Positions 43,121 to 53,557 of a stretch of 58,362 nucleotides of DNA are shown in pieces. The notes below the pieces were generated by a model. It was not told the origin of the DNA, searched no databases, and saw only the letters and a list, made by a program, of their open reading frames with translations. This DNA is from Luteolibacter sp. Lineage in GTDB: Bacteria; Verrucomicrobiota; Verrucomicrobiia; Verrucomicrobiales; Akkermansiaceae. The position numbers were made by a program, and so were the translations under genes. The stretch spans positions 1 through 58,362 of the forward strand of contig JANOKL010000408.1 of the NCBI GenBank assembly GCA_031419215.1, written 5' to 3'. The number at the start of each line of letters is the position of its first letter. The first letter of the stretch is position 1.

Positions 43121-43402
43121 TCAGAACCAGCCCTTGCGGCCGGTGATGTAGGTATCGGAAAATTCCTGATCCGACTTCGTCAGATAAATGATGCCCTCGA
43201 TGATTCCGATGATCGTGCCGATACCACAAGCGAAACACAGGAGCAGTTGGATGATTCCCTCCTTCTTGTAGCCGAGAATGAATTTGTGGATTCCCCAGCC
43301 TCCATAAAAGAACCCAAGGATACCGAGGAGGCCCGCGACGAGTTTCTTATCTGCACCTGCCGGAGCAGGCGATGGCATGGGTGATGAAGGATCTGTGGAC
43401 AT
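43121..43402 (-). CDS. TM2 domain membrane protein
   Basis: KKLVAGLLGI..GGWGIHKFILGY...IEGIIYLTKSD.EF..TY....KGWF. Confidence 0.9.
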   Translation of the reverse strand: MSTDPSSPMPSPAPAGADKKLVAGLLGILGFFYGGWGIHKFILGYKKEGIIQLLLCFACGIGTIIGIIEGIIYLTKSDQEFSDTYITGRKGWF

Positions 43403-43453
43403 ACAAATCGTCTTCTACTACGCATCCTTTCCGTAATCAAGCTTTCAAGCGCC

Positions 43454-44131
43454 ATGAAACCACGCATCACCCTCGCCGACACTCATCTAGCAGACGGCTC
43501 TCCACTCGAGCTCCAGGAGCATGACGGTCGCCACTCGCTCGTCGTGCGGGGCCAGCAGATCGCCGGGCCTTCCACGAAAGTCGCCGAGCAGGAATGCGCC
43601 CGCCTTGGCTGCGCGCCATTCCGTCCGGTGCGCCAGCCGAAGATCTGGTTTGCCGGCCTCGGCCTCGGCCAGGCCTTGGTCGGGGCCTCGGAGTCCCTGC
43701 TTCAGAAAAAGGGCAATCTGATCGTCGCCGAGCCCCTCACCGCCCTCGTCGATTGGCAGCGGAAATTTTTCCCTGAAGGCACCTTCTGCACTGACCCCCG
43801 CGTTTCCCACGAGGCGGACGTCGGTGTCAGTGGCCTCGTTTCCCACGCCGGAACGCTTCACGCGATCATCGTCCACACCGACACCGCGCCGATCGGACCC
43901 GATGGGAAATCCGTCGTCGAGAACCGTCGCTGGCTCACCGCCGCCTACGAGGCCCTTCAGGCTGGGGGCGTTCTCGCGATCACCGCCCCGCGCCAGCGCG
44001 TGAACCTCACCCGCACCCTTGAGCGCGCCGGCTTCAACGTCGCCGAGCATCTCGTGCCCGATTCCCCATCTGCGAAAAAACCGCGTTTCCAGCCCATCTG
44101 GCTCGCCAGAAAAGGCAAAGCCGAAGACTGA
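43454..44131 (+). CDS. Spermidine-synthase-like SAM-dependent methyltransferase-fold protein
   Basis: AGLGLG glycine loop followed by VAE, and ALQAGGVLAI. Confidence 0.65.
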   Translation: MKPRITLADTHLADGSPLELQEHDGRHSLVVRGQQIAGPSTKVAEQECARLGCAPFRPVRQPKIWFAGLGLGQALVGASESLLQKKGNLIVAEPLTALVDWQRKFFPEGTFCTDPRVSHEADVGVSGLVSHAGTLHAIIVHTDTAPIGPDGKSVVENRRWLTAAYEALQAGGVLAITAPRQRVNLTRTLERAGFNVAEHLVPDSPSAKKPRFQPIWLARKGKAED

Positions 44132-44162
44132 CTCCGCTACCCACCCGAACCTCCTTTCCGCC

Positions 44163-45566
44163 ATGCGCCTGATTCCCTCTTCCGCCCTTCTTCTCCCGAT
44201 CCTCGCCTCACCCCTCTGCGTGGCGGGCGAGCTGACGCTTGAAAGCAAGCCCTTCGTCATCGAACGCAGCCTCGGCACCAGTGCGCTTCCTGCCGCCGCC
44301 ACCCCCTTGCGCGTCGAGGCGGAAACGCTGGCGGCCCTCGAACTCAAGACCATCCTGCCCCATGGCAGCCGGGTGAAGGCCGGGGAGGTCCTGGTGGAGT
44401 TCGACACGGAATCGATCGACCGGAGACTCGATGACGGCAAGCGCGCCCTCGACTCCGCCACCCTCAGTCTGGGGCAGGCCGAGGTCGAACTGAATGCCTT
44501 GAAGGAAAGCCTTCCTCTCAGGCTGGATGCCAGCAAGCGCGCCGCCCGAAACGCCGCCGAGGACCTGGCCCATTTCAATACCATCAGCCGCAAGCTCAAG
44601 GAGCAGGCCGCCGGGGAAAGCCTGAAGCGCTATCAGCATGCGCTCGAAGGTGAACGTGAGGAACTCCGTCAGTTGGAGAAGATGTACAAGGCGGATGACC
44701 TCACGGAAGAGACCGAGGAAATCATTCTCAAGCGCCAGCGCGATTCCGTCTCCGCCGCCGAGTTCGCGCTGAAATCCTCCGAGCAGAACCACAAGCGCAA
44801 CCTCGAAACCGAGATTCCGCGCGAATCCGAGGAACTCATTTCCGCCGCGAAAAGCAGCGCTCTCTCTCTTGCCAGAGCCGAGACCGAACTGCCGCGCCAG
44901 TTCAGCCTGAAGGAAATCGAGTTTGCCGCCACGAAGATTGCGTTCGAGCGCCAGAAGGACGACTTCGCGAAGCTCTCCGCTGACCGAAAGTTGATGAATC
45001 CGATCAAGGCCAGCGCTGACGGTTGGTTCTACCACGGCGCGATCGAGGACGGCCGCTGGACCACCGGCGAAGCGATCAAGACCCTGGTTCCCTCCGGCCA
45101 GATCGCAGCGAAGAAAACCTTCGCCACCTTCATCCCCGCCAGCTCCCCGCTTTCACTCGTGGCCTTCGCCGATGAAGCCACCGCCGCCTCGCTTCCGGCC
45201 GAGTGCACCGGCTTCGCCATCGCAGCGGGCCGCGAGGAACTCATGATCCCGACAAAGGTGGTGAAGATCTCGCCCACCCCCGGAACCGACGGTCGTTTCC
45301 GCATCGACTTCAGTGCGACCTGGCCTGCCAACGCCGCACCCGTTCCCGGAGCCAGCGCCCAAGTACGATTGATCTCGTACGAAAACCCCACCGCCCTCGC
45401 CATTCCCGCCGCCGCCCTGCGTGCCACGAAGGACGGCTGGTCGGTCACCCTGAAGCTGGCCGATGGAAAAACCGGGCCACACGCCGTGAAGCGCGGACGG
45501 GTTTCCGGCGAACTCGTCGAAATCTTTTCCGGTCTTGAGGCTGGTCAAGTCATCATCACGCCGTGA
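44163..45566 (+). CDS. HlyD/MFP-like periplasmic adaptor with a very long coiled coil
   Basis: Signal peptide, GSRVKAGEVLVEFD lipoyl half, long helical region, IKASADG and C-terminal VEIFSGLEAGQ. Start trimmed to ATG 44163. Confidence 0.75.
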   Translation: MRLIPSSALLLPILASPLCVAGELTLESKPFVIERSLGTSALPAAATPLRVEAETLAALELKTILPHGSRVKAGEVLVEFDTESIDRRLDDGKRALDSATLSLGQAEVELNALKESLPLRLDASKRAARNAAEDLAHFNTISRKLKEQAAGESLKRYQHALEGEREELRQLEKMYKADDLTEETEEIILKRQRDSVSAAEFALKSSEQNHKRNLETEIPRESEELISAAKSSALSLARAETELPRQFSLKEIEFAATKIAFERQKDDFAKLSADRKLMNPIKASADGWFYHGAIEDGRWTTGEAIKTLVPSGQIAAKKTFATFIPASSPLSLVAFADEATAASLPAECTGFAIAAGREELMIPTKVVKISPTPGTDGRFRIDFSATWPANAAPVPGASAQVRLISYENPTALAIPAAALRATKDGWSVTLKLADGKTGPHAVKRGRVSGELVEIFSGLEAGQVIITP

Positions 45567-46714
45567 TCCGCGCCCTCGTCATTTCCGGACTGCTGGCGGT
45601 CACGGCGCAGGCCTTCGAGGAATCGAAACCGGTCGAGGTCACGCCCGCCAGCGTCGATGCCTCGATCAAGCGCGGCATCGACTTCCTGGTCGGCTTCCAG
45701 AATCCGAACGGTTCCTGGGGCAATCCGACGCTGACCAAGGACCTCAACATCTATGCCCCGATTCCCGGAGCCCATCACGCCTACAAGGCAGGTGCCACCG
45801 GCCTGGCGATTTCGGGCATGCTTGATCACAATGATCCACGCCCGGAAGTGCAGGCCTCGCTCGCCAAGGCCGCCACCTGGCTGGCATCGGAGCTCCCGAA
45901 ACTCCGTCGCGCCGAACAAACCACCACCTACAACGTCTGGGGCCACGCCTACGGACTCCGCGCGATCACCCGGTACTGGAAGCAGGAGACCGATTCCGCC
46001 AAGAAGGCCGAATGGGTCCGGCTCGCCCAGGAACAGGTCGAGCTCGTCAACCGTTATGAGGACGTCAACGGCGGCTGGGGCTACCTTGACATCTATGACG
46101 GCCTCGCCACCCGGAAGCCTTCCGGGCTGCCCACCTCATTTACGACGGCCACCGTACTTCTGGCCTTGGAGGAAGCCCGCCGGGTGATGGGCGTGAAGCT
46201 TGATGACAAGCTCGTCGCCCACTCGGTCGCCATGCTCGGACGCCAGCGCACGCCGGATTTTTCCTACGTCTACTCGGACAAGCATGTCATGGCCCCGCGC
46301 GCGCCGATCAATCGCCCGGCAGGTTCGCTTTCCCGCTCCCAGGCCTGCAACGCGGCGCTGAGGGTGTTCGGCGAGAAGCGGGTCACCGACGAGGTGCTCG
46401 ATCAATGGGCGGAGCGTTTCCTCGACCGCCAGGGCTTTCTCGACATGACGCGCGAGCGCCCGGTGCCGCATGAGGGCCCGTTCCAGATCGCCGGCTACTT
46501 TTACTACTACGGCATCTATTACTTCACGGAGTCCGCCAAGATGCTGCCGAAGGACAAGCAGACCGCCTACGCGAAACGGCTGGCCGCTCTCATTCTCATG
46601 CGTCAGCAAAAGGACGGCTCGTGGTGGGATTACCCGCTCTACAGCTACCACCAGCCCTACGGCACCGGCTACGCGCTGATGGCCCTGGCCTGGTGCAAGG
46701 ACGCGATGAAGTAG
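45563..46714 (+). CDS. Exported prenyltransferase/squalene-cyclase-repeat (QW-like) protein
   Basis: GIDFLVGFQNPNGSWG, NGGWGY, QQKDGSWW and YYYGIYY; signal peptide; GTG start overlaps the upstream stop. Confidence 0.75.
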   Translation: MIRALVISGLLAVTAQAFEESKPVEVTPASVDASIKRGIDFLVGFQNPNGSWGNPTLTKDLNIYAPIPGAHHAYKAGATGLAISGMLDHNDPRPEVQASLAKAATWLASELPKLRRAEQTTTYNVWGHAYGLRAITRYWKQETDSAKKAEWVRLAQEQVELVNRYEDVNGGWGYLDIYDGLATRKPSGLPTSFTTATVLLALEEARRVMGVKLDDKLVAHSVAMLGRQRTPDFSYVYSDKHVMAPRAPINRPAGSLSRSQACNAALRVFGEKRVTDEVLDQWAERFLDRQGFLDMTRERPVPHEGPFQIAGYFYYYGIYYFTESAKMLPKDKQTAYAKRLAALILMRQQKDGSWWDYPLYSYHQPYGTGYALMALAWCKDAMK

Positions 46715-46897
46715 CACAAGTTTGCAACTTGTGTGCAGAGGACAGCCCGATTCAGCCCCGCCGCTGACCATTCTCCCAAGGGGAAAAGTAACGGCCTGAG
46801 GACAGCTCCAATGGGTGAATGTTACGATGTGCGGACTGGCCCTCGCCACTCGCTATCCTGACCCTTGCCGTCCTCACGATGACCCTTTCACGAGGCT

Positions 46898-47074
46898 TTA
46901 AAGCGTCACGCTACGCCGCCTCAAGTCACGCGGTTCATCGGGCCGACCCGGGGAAAACGGAGCCAGGATCGCCGTGCCCGGCGCATCGTCGGAGGCCACC
47001 GCCGGAGCAAGCAGCAGCTTCTCCTCCAGCGTCTCCGCAAAGAGGATGCGTTCGGCGGCCTCGCGCATCTGCAT
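46898..47074 (-). pseudogene. Truncated N-terminal gene fragment (resembles Verrucomicrobial DUF455/ferritin-like proteins)
   Basis: Hand translation: MQMREAAERILFAETLEEKLLLAPAVASDDAPGTAILAPFSPGRPDEPRDLRRRSVTL*. Host-like codons. The family resemblance is from memory only. Confidence 0.45.
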
Positions 47075-47091
47075 GGGCTACAGAAAGCACG

Positions 47092-47112
47092 AAATTCTAA
47101 ATTCTAAATTCT
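47092..47112. repeat. (AAATTCT)3 heptamer repeat
   Basis: Three perfect copies, with an inverted unit TAGAATTT near 47184. Confidence 0.8.
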
Positions 47113-47314
47113 AAACGCTGAGAAGGCAGGAACCCGACCTCCATCCAACAACAAGAGGGGCCCGGGCGGCTCGCCCGGGATCTTAGAATTTGCACTCCGT
47201 GGAGTCTCCAAGCCCCGAATGCAGATACGTGTCCCGACTGTCTCAGTCGGGAGTTCCCATCAGGCTGATAAGATCCGAACACTCGATTTTCGGGACCGAG
47301 GCCTTCGGAAGGGG

Positions 47315-48424
47315 TCAAACTTTCGATCCTTTGTTGGTGCGCCTAATAAGAGTAAAGTAGGCATCAAACCAGGATCCAATTTTTGTGACCTCTTTCTTCG
47401 GGTCGATCGTGAGGCGTGTGATAGCCATTTGAGAAATCCCTTCAGGAACATGCTTCACAATTATCTCAGGAAGGGAAAATAAACCCGCTTTTGACCACAT
47501 TTCATCGCTGTTTGATGACGCGCGAAGATTTTCTAAGAAGAAAAATAGGACACATGAAAATATACGTTCGAGATGGATTACTGCTACACCGGCAGGCATC
47601 TGTGGGTCATCGCTCGTGTGTCTGGAGGTTCGCGCCTGATGGCTGCCAACGCATCGCAGATCATAGAGTTTTTGGCTGATTTTTTTATCGTAGAATCCTT
47701 CAGATTCTAGAAGCTGAAAGAGTCTTTGCTGCAATAGATCCCCTCGGTTAATTCTTTGAGAGCCACAGACTAAACATTCAAGTGCCGAGAACTTCGCTAA
47801 AAATTCCAAGTTGTGGGATTGAGAAGCGCTACCCTGCCGGTACATGCGAAGCGCATAAAATAGATCCTTCGTAAGTTCTGTGTCACCAGCGCTGTCCGTG
47901 CTGACCATGTCCAGATATTGAAGAAGCTCATTGAGCAGCGTACGGTTACGAGCGTGCCATTGATCTTGTTTTGCTTCCTTTGAATTGAGCCGCGCAAATC
48001 CCTCACGCTTCACGTGAAGTACCTGCACGTTTTCCTGATTTCCTTCTCGAACCAAGATAAGTTCGGAAATCTTTGGAGGAGCTTCTGTTATCAGCGAGTA
48101 GCAGTCTAACAATGAGTCCAAGCGTTCAAGAGAAATATCAATTGCTTGATCTCGGGTTTGCGTTTCGACTCTGCTGATGAAAACCATTACTTTTCCTGTT
48201 GGGTCTCCTCTTCGAAAAGATTCAAAGTGACAATCGTAGCCTCCTAAATTTACCAGAACATGTTCACTTTCCTTGTTAATATTTCCAATTCCCCAATCCG
48301 TGTCATGGACGATAAGGTCTCCAGGAAGTCCTTTTACGAATGTTAGGCAGTCATAGGTTGTTGTCTCGTCCGTCGCAAGGGTCGACGCAATCGGATCGGT
48401 GGGGTGGATGGAAGTAGAGGACAT
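47315..48424 (-). CDS. Putative HEPN-domain protein (ApeA-like HEPN), AT-rich
   Basis: ALRMYRQG..EFLAKFSALECLV..LQQRL..LYDLRCVGSH carries the Rx4H motif in an ApeA-type helical context; visibly lower GC than its flanks. Confidence 0.6.
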   Translation of the reverse strand: MSSTSIHPTDPIASTLATDETTTYDCLTFVKGLPGDLIVHDTDWGIGNINKESEHVLVNLGGYDCHFESFRRGDPTGKVMVFISRVETQTRDQAIDISLERLDSLLDCYSLITEAPPKISELILVREGNQENVQVLHVKREGFARLNSKEAKQDQWHARNRTLLNELLQYLDMVSTDSAGDTELTKDLFYALRMYRQGSASQSHNLEFLAKFSALECLVCGSQRINRGDLLQQRLFQLLESEGFYDKKISQKLYDLRCVGSHQARTSRHTSDDPQMPAGVAVIHLERIFSCVLFFFLENLRASSNSDEMWSKAGLFSLPEIIVKHVPEGISQMAITRLTIDPKKEVTKIGSWFDAYFTLIRRTNKGSKV

Positions 48425-48476
48425 TTGGAACTGGAGGTTTGAGATTAGGTGGGAAGAAATGACGGGTCACCTGTCC

Positions 48477-49706
48477 TCACCGCCCCTTTATCATCGCCAG
48501 GTTGGCTTCGGCGAAGGCTTTGCCCATGAGGGCGAAGGTTTTGGCGCAGCCGAGGTAGTGATAGCCGGCGTTGGACGCGCCGCGGGTCCACTTGGTGGCT
48601 TCTTCGGGACTGATCGTTTCGGCCTCGTATTTTTTTAGGTATTCCTTCTGCTGGGCCTCGTCCATCGAGCCGTCTTTGTTCGCGCTGTTCTTGTCCTTCA
48701 CCTTGAGCAGATGGGCCATCTGTTTCACCTTGGCGCGCTTCTGGTCGATGGCGTCGAGTTCGTCCGACCAGAAGGGGGCAGTTTCCACGGCGGCGACGTT
48801 TCCTTTGAATTCCGGCAGCGCTGCGGGGGCGGCCATGGCTTCGCGGAAGGCGATCGTGTTGCCCTTCGCATTCAGGCCGTCCACGCCGAGCACGCCGATG
48901 ACGAAGGGCATCTTGGGGGCCTTGAGGTCCTTGCGCACGTCCCGGATGAAGTCGGCCAGCCACTCGCTGTATTTCGAGTAATCGTTGGTCTTGCCGTCCG
49001 GGGCTTTGGGATAGGTGTTGCTGTCCACGAGGTCGTTGAAGCCCTGGAGCCAGATGAAGCCGGAGATTTCATAACCCTCGGCCGGATTGTACACCGGGCA
49101 GACGCGCTTTGGATCGGCGAGCACGCTTTTCACGTGGTCGACCATGAAGTGATAGAAGCGGCCGCATTCCTTCTCCTTCTTGGCCTTCTCCGCCTCGATG
49201 TCCTTACCCTGCTTTTTCATCTGCTCGATCTGCGCCTCGCTGAACACGTAGGGTCCGGCGCTGGGCGGGCGGAATTCGGTGTTCAGGCTGCGGCCTCCCC
49301 ACGCGGTCTTGATGAGGAGGACCGGCTCCTTGAGCGCGGCATCCATGGTCAGGCCGAAGGTGAACTCGGGGCCGATCTTGCCGCCGTCCTGGGTCGGATT
49401 GGAACCTCTGGCGCCGTATCCCGCGGTGAGCTTGCCGGTGCCTTCGGCATTGGCGTTGCCTTCGTAATGGCCGGTCAGGTAGGAGATCCACGTGTGGTCG
49501 GCCACGGCGGGCTTGCCGTCCGGGCCGCGCATCTGCTTGAGCAGCGGCGCGGTGGCGGGATCATCACCGATGTAATCGAAGGTTTCGACGCGCGCGTGGC
49601 CCTCCATGTTCGACTGGCCGGCGAGGATGAAGACCTTGAGCGGCTTCGCTTCCACGCTGACGGTGGCGAGGAGTGCGGAGGTTAGGAAGATGATGGGGAC
49701 TTTCAT
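48477..49706 (-). CDS. Sialate O-acetylesterase (SASA/CE6-like) family protein
   Basis: KVFILAGQSNMEG, IGPEFTFG, LIKTAWGG.SL and WLQGFND; signal peptide. Confidence 0.88.
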   Translation of the reverse strand: MKVPIIFLTSALLATVSVEAKPLKVFILAGQSNMEGHARVETFDYIGDDPATAPLLKQMRGPDGKPAVADHTWISYLTGHYEGNANAEGTGKLTAGYGARGSNPTQDGGKIGPEFTFGLTMDAALKEPVLLIKTAWGGRSLNTEFRPPSAGPYVFSEAQIEQMKKQGKDIEAEKAKKEKECGRFYHFMVDHVKSVLADPKRVCPVYNPAEGYEISGFIWLQGFNDLVDSNTYPKAPDGKTNDYSKYSEWLADFIRDVRKDLKAPKMPFVIGVLGVDGLNAKGNTIAFREAMAAPAALPEFKGNVAAVETAPFWSDELDAIDQKRAKVKQMAHLLKVKDKNSANKDGSMDEAQQKEYLKKYEAETISPEEATKWTRGASNAGYHYLGCAKTFALMGKAFAEANLAMIKGR

Positions 49707-49752
49707 GGTGGGGAGGAGTTTGCTGGTGTTCAGTTTTCAAGGAAGAGGGAGA

Positions 49753-49794
49753 GATTGATGAGTGACGATTGTTGATTTTTGATTTTCGATTGGA
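49753..49794. repeat. Heptamer array upstream of the esterase
   Basis: GATTGAT GAGTGAC GATTGTT GATTTTT GATTTTC GATTGGA. Confidence 0.8.
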
Positions 49795-49808
49795 AGAAAG
49801 AGCGGCGC

Positions 49809-49900
49809 TTAATGGGAATGGCATTTCTCCCTGCCAAGGGGTTGCCGCCCAAGTGGTAGCCCTGCCGCAGGCGCGCGAGGGCATCGAGGGTGGTTTTCAT
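49809..49900 (-). pseudogene. Collapsed VapB-like antitoxin remnant
   Basis: MKTTLD is joined directly to ALARLRQGYHLGGNPL, and a shifted frame continues REKCHSH*; these resemble the start and end of small RHH antitoxins. Confidence 0.35.
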
Positions 49901-50161
49901 ATGGCCATGTCTACGGGAAGCAATCGGGCGCGTCGAGATGGTAAGAGTGGGCGGCTTGTCGGGCCGCTTGTATCTTGGGCCTCCGTCTGTGCCCCTCTTT
50001 TGGGTTCGTGACAGCGAGGGTAGTTCGATTGGAATGAGTGGCGAGCAGACGGATTTCATTCAGCCAATCAAGCCCGGGAAGATCCACGGATCGAGTAGCA
50101 GTCCACCTTTTTGGTTGTCTCCGCAATCGATGTTCCACATCCCTTGTCTCACCGCATTTGA

Positions 50162-51640
50162 ATGGAATCGACCCCGCTTCTCAGCATCCATGGTCTTTCG
50201 AAGTCCTTCGCCGGAGTGAAGGCCTTGGAGGACTTTGGCTTCGACGTGGAGGCCGGGCGCGTGCATGCGCTGATGGGCGAGAACGGCGCGGGCAAGTCGA
50301 CGCTGATGAAGATCCTCGGCGGTCTCCAGCAACAGGATGCCGGGGAGATCCGCTTGAGGGGGGAAGTCGTTCGCTTCCGGAGTCCGCATGAGGCCTTGGA
50401 GCTCGGGATTTCGATGATCCATCAGGAGCTTCTGCCGTTCCGGAACTTGAGCGTGGCGGCGAACATCGCGATGGGTCGGGAGAAGACCCGTGGAGTTTCC
50501 GGTTGGCTCGATCATGCGGCGATGAACCGCGAAGCGGAGGAGCTGCTTGGCCGACTGGGGCTTTCCATCGATCCGCGACGGTTGATGGGCACGCTGAGCG
50601 TGGCGGAAATGCAGTCGGTGGAAATCGTGAAGGCGCTGGCCCGGAATGCCTCGGTGATCCTGATGGATGAACCCACGACCGCGCTTTCGGATCGCGAGGT
50701 GGCGGCGCTTTTCGAGGTGATCGAGGGCCTGAAGCGGGAAGGCAAAGCGGTGATCTACATTTCCCACAAGATGGACGAAATCTTCCGCATCGCGGACACG
50801 ATCACGGTCATGCGCGACGGTCGCCACGTGGCCACGCGGCCTGCGGCGGAGATGGACGAGCGCGAGCTCATCCGCCTGATGGTCGGGAGGGATCCCGCGC
50901 CACGCGACGTGCAACGTGGAACTCCTGGCGAGGTGCTTCTTGAAGTCCGCGGGCTCGGGGTTCCGGGTCGTTTCGAAGGCGTGGACTTCACCTTGCGGCG
51001 TGGCGAGATCCTCGGCCTCGGCGGCTTGATGGGCGCGGGCCGCACCGAATTGACGGAGGCCATATACGGTCTCGCTCCGGCCCGCAGCGGGGAAATCCGG
51101 GTGGCCGGGAAAGCCGTCCGCATCCGCAGTCCCAAGGACGCGCTCAAGGTCGGGATCGCCCTCGTCACTGAGGATCGCAAGCGCCACGGATTCATTCCCA
51201 CGATGCCGGTGGGACCGAATCTAACACTTTCAAGTCTCCGCACGCGATGGATCGATGCGAAAGCCGAGGCGGGCATCGCCGAAGAGCAGATCGCGCGATT
51301 CTCCATCAAGGTCGCGGACCGCCGCATGCCGGTGGTCAGCCTGAGCGGCGGCAACCAGCAGAAGGTCGTGATCGCCAAGGCCCTGCTCACCGAGCCGGAA
51401 ATCCTGATCCTCGACGAGCCGACACGGGGCATCGACGTCGGGGCCAAGGCGGAGATCCATTCGCTGATTACCGGACTCGCCCGCGCCGGCAAGGCGATCC
51501 TTGTCATTTCCTCGGAGCTGCCCGAATTGATTTCCCTGAGCGACCGCCTACTCATCATGCGCCAAGGCCGCGTGGCCGCCGAGTTGGATCCGCTGCATGC
51601 CAGCCCTGAGGAAATCATGCGCCACGCCATGCCTGTTTAA
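50162..51640 (+). CDS. Monosaccharide ABC transporter ATP-binding protein (RbsA/MglA-like)
   Basis: GENGAGKST, MDEPT, LSGGNQQKV and LDEPTRGIDVGAK. Confidence 0.95.
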   Translation: MESTPLLSIHGLSKSFAGVKALEDFGFDVEAGRVHALMGENGAGKSTLMKILGGLQQQDAGEIRLRGEVVRFRSPHEALELGISMIHQELLPFRNLSVAANIAMGREKTRGVSGWLDHAAMNREAEELLGRLGLSIDPRRLMGTLSVAEMQSVEIVKALARNASVILMDEPTTALSDREVAALFEVIEGLKREGKAVIYISHKMDEIFRIADTITVMRDGRHVATRPAAEMDERELIRLMVGRDPAPRDVQRGTPGEVLLEVRGLGVPGRFEGVDFTLRRGEILGLGGLMGAGRTELTEAIYGLAPARSGEIRVAGKAVRIRSPKDALKVGIALVTEDRKRHGFIPTMPVGPNLTLSSLRTRWIDAKAEAGIAEEQIARFSIKVADRRMPVVSLSGGNQQKVVIAKALLTEPEILILDEPTRGIDVGAKAEIHSLITGLARAGKAILVISSELPELISLSDRLLIMRQGRVAAELDPLHASPEEIMRHAMPV

Positions 51641-51656
51641 CCACCTTCCATCCGCC

Positions 51657-52594
<938 letters not shown>

Positions 52595-52598
<4 letters not shown>

Positions 52599-53530
52599 AC
52601 TCCATCGCCAAGAAACTCATCGCCGGCTGCCTGATGCTGCTCGCCCTCTGCGGCTGCCAGCGCAGTTCCACAAGCTCCAACGGGTCCGGGCAGATCGTCG
52701 TCGGCGTCTCATTGCTGAATCTTTCCAGCGAGTTCATCGTCATGCTCAACGAGTCGATGGAGGCCAGGGCCGGAGAGCTTGGCGTGAAACTCATTGTCAA
52801 CGATGCCCAGCGCAGTGCCGAGCGCCAGATCCAGCAGGTGGAGGGCTTCATCGCGCAGAAGGTCGACGTCATTATCCTCAATCCCTGCGAGGTCGATGCC
52901 AGCTCGCCCGCCGTCGACAAGGCGATCGCCGCTGGCATTCCGATCATCAATCTGAACTCGGCCACCAAGTCGGTGCCCACCGCCTTTGTTGGCTCGCACG
53001 ACGAGGAGTCCGCGCGCATGGCCATGGAGTTCATTGCCAAGCGGCTCAATGGCAATGGCAAGGTCCTGATGATGCAGGGCTTCATGGGACAGGCCGCGCA
53101 GTTGAAGCGCGACGAAGGCGCGCGCGAGATCCTCGCGAAGAACCCGGGCCTCGAGCTGCTCGCCACCCAGACCGCCGAGTGGGATCGGGCCAAGGCGATG
53201 AGCCTGATGGAAAACTGGATCCAGGCCCACGGTTCGAACATCCAGGCGGTGTTCGCCCAGAACGACGAGATGGGCATGGGCGCGCTGCTCGCCCTGGAGC
53301 GCGCCAATCTCAAGGACAAGGTCGTGCTCGCCAGTATCGATGCCATCGCCGACGCACTCGAAGCGGTCAAAGGCGGCCGCCTCGATGCCACGGTCTTCCA
53401 GGACGCGAAAGGCCAGGGCCGCACGGCCGTGGAGGTGGCGCTGAAGATTGCCAAGAAGGAGCCTTACGAGAAGGAGACCTTCATTCCCTTCCAGCTCGTC
53501 ACCAAGGAAAACGCCGATCAGCCGAGGTAA
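52595..53530 (+). CDS. Sugar ABC transporter substrate-binding protein (RbsB-like, probable lipoprotein)
   Basis: Lipobox-like LCGC, VFAQNDEMGMGA and ATVFQD. Confidence 0.92.
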
Positions 53531-53557
53531 AAGCGAGCATCCCTTGGGGTCGGCGGC

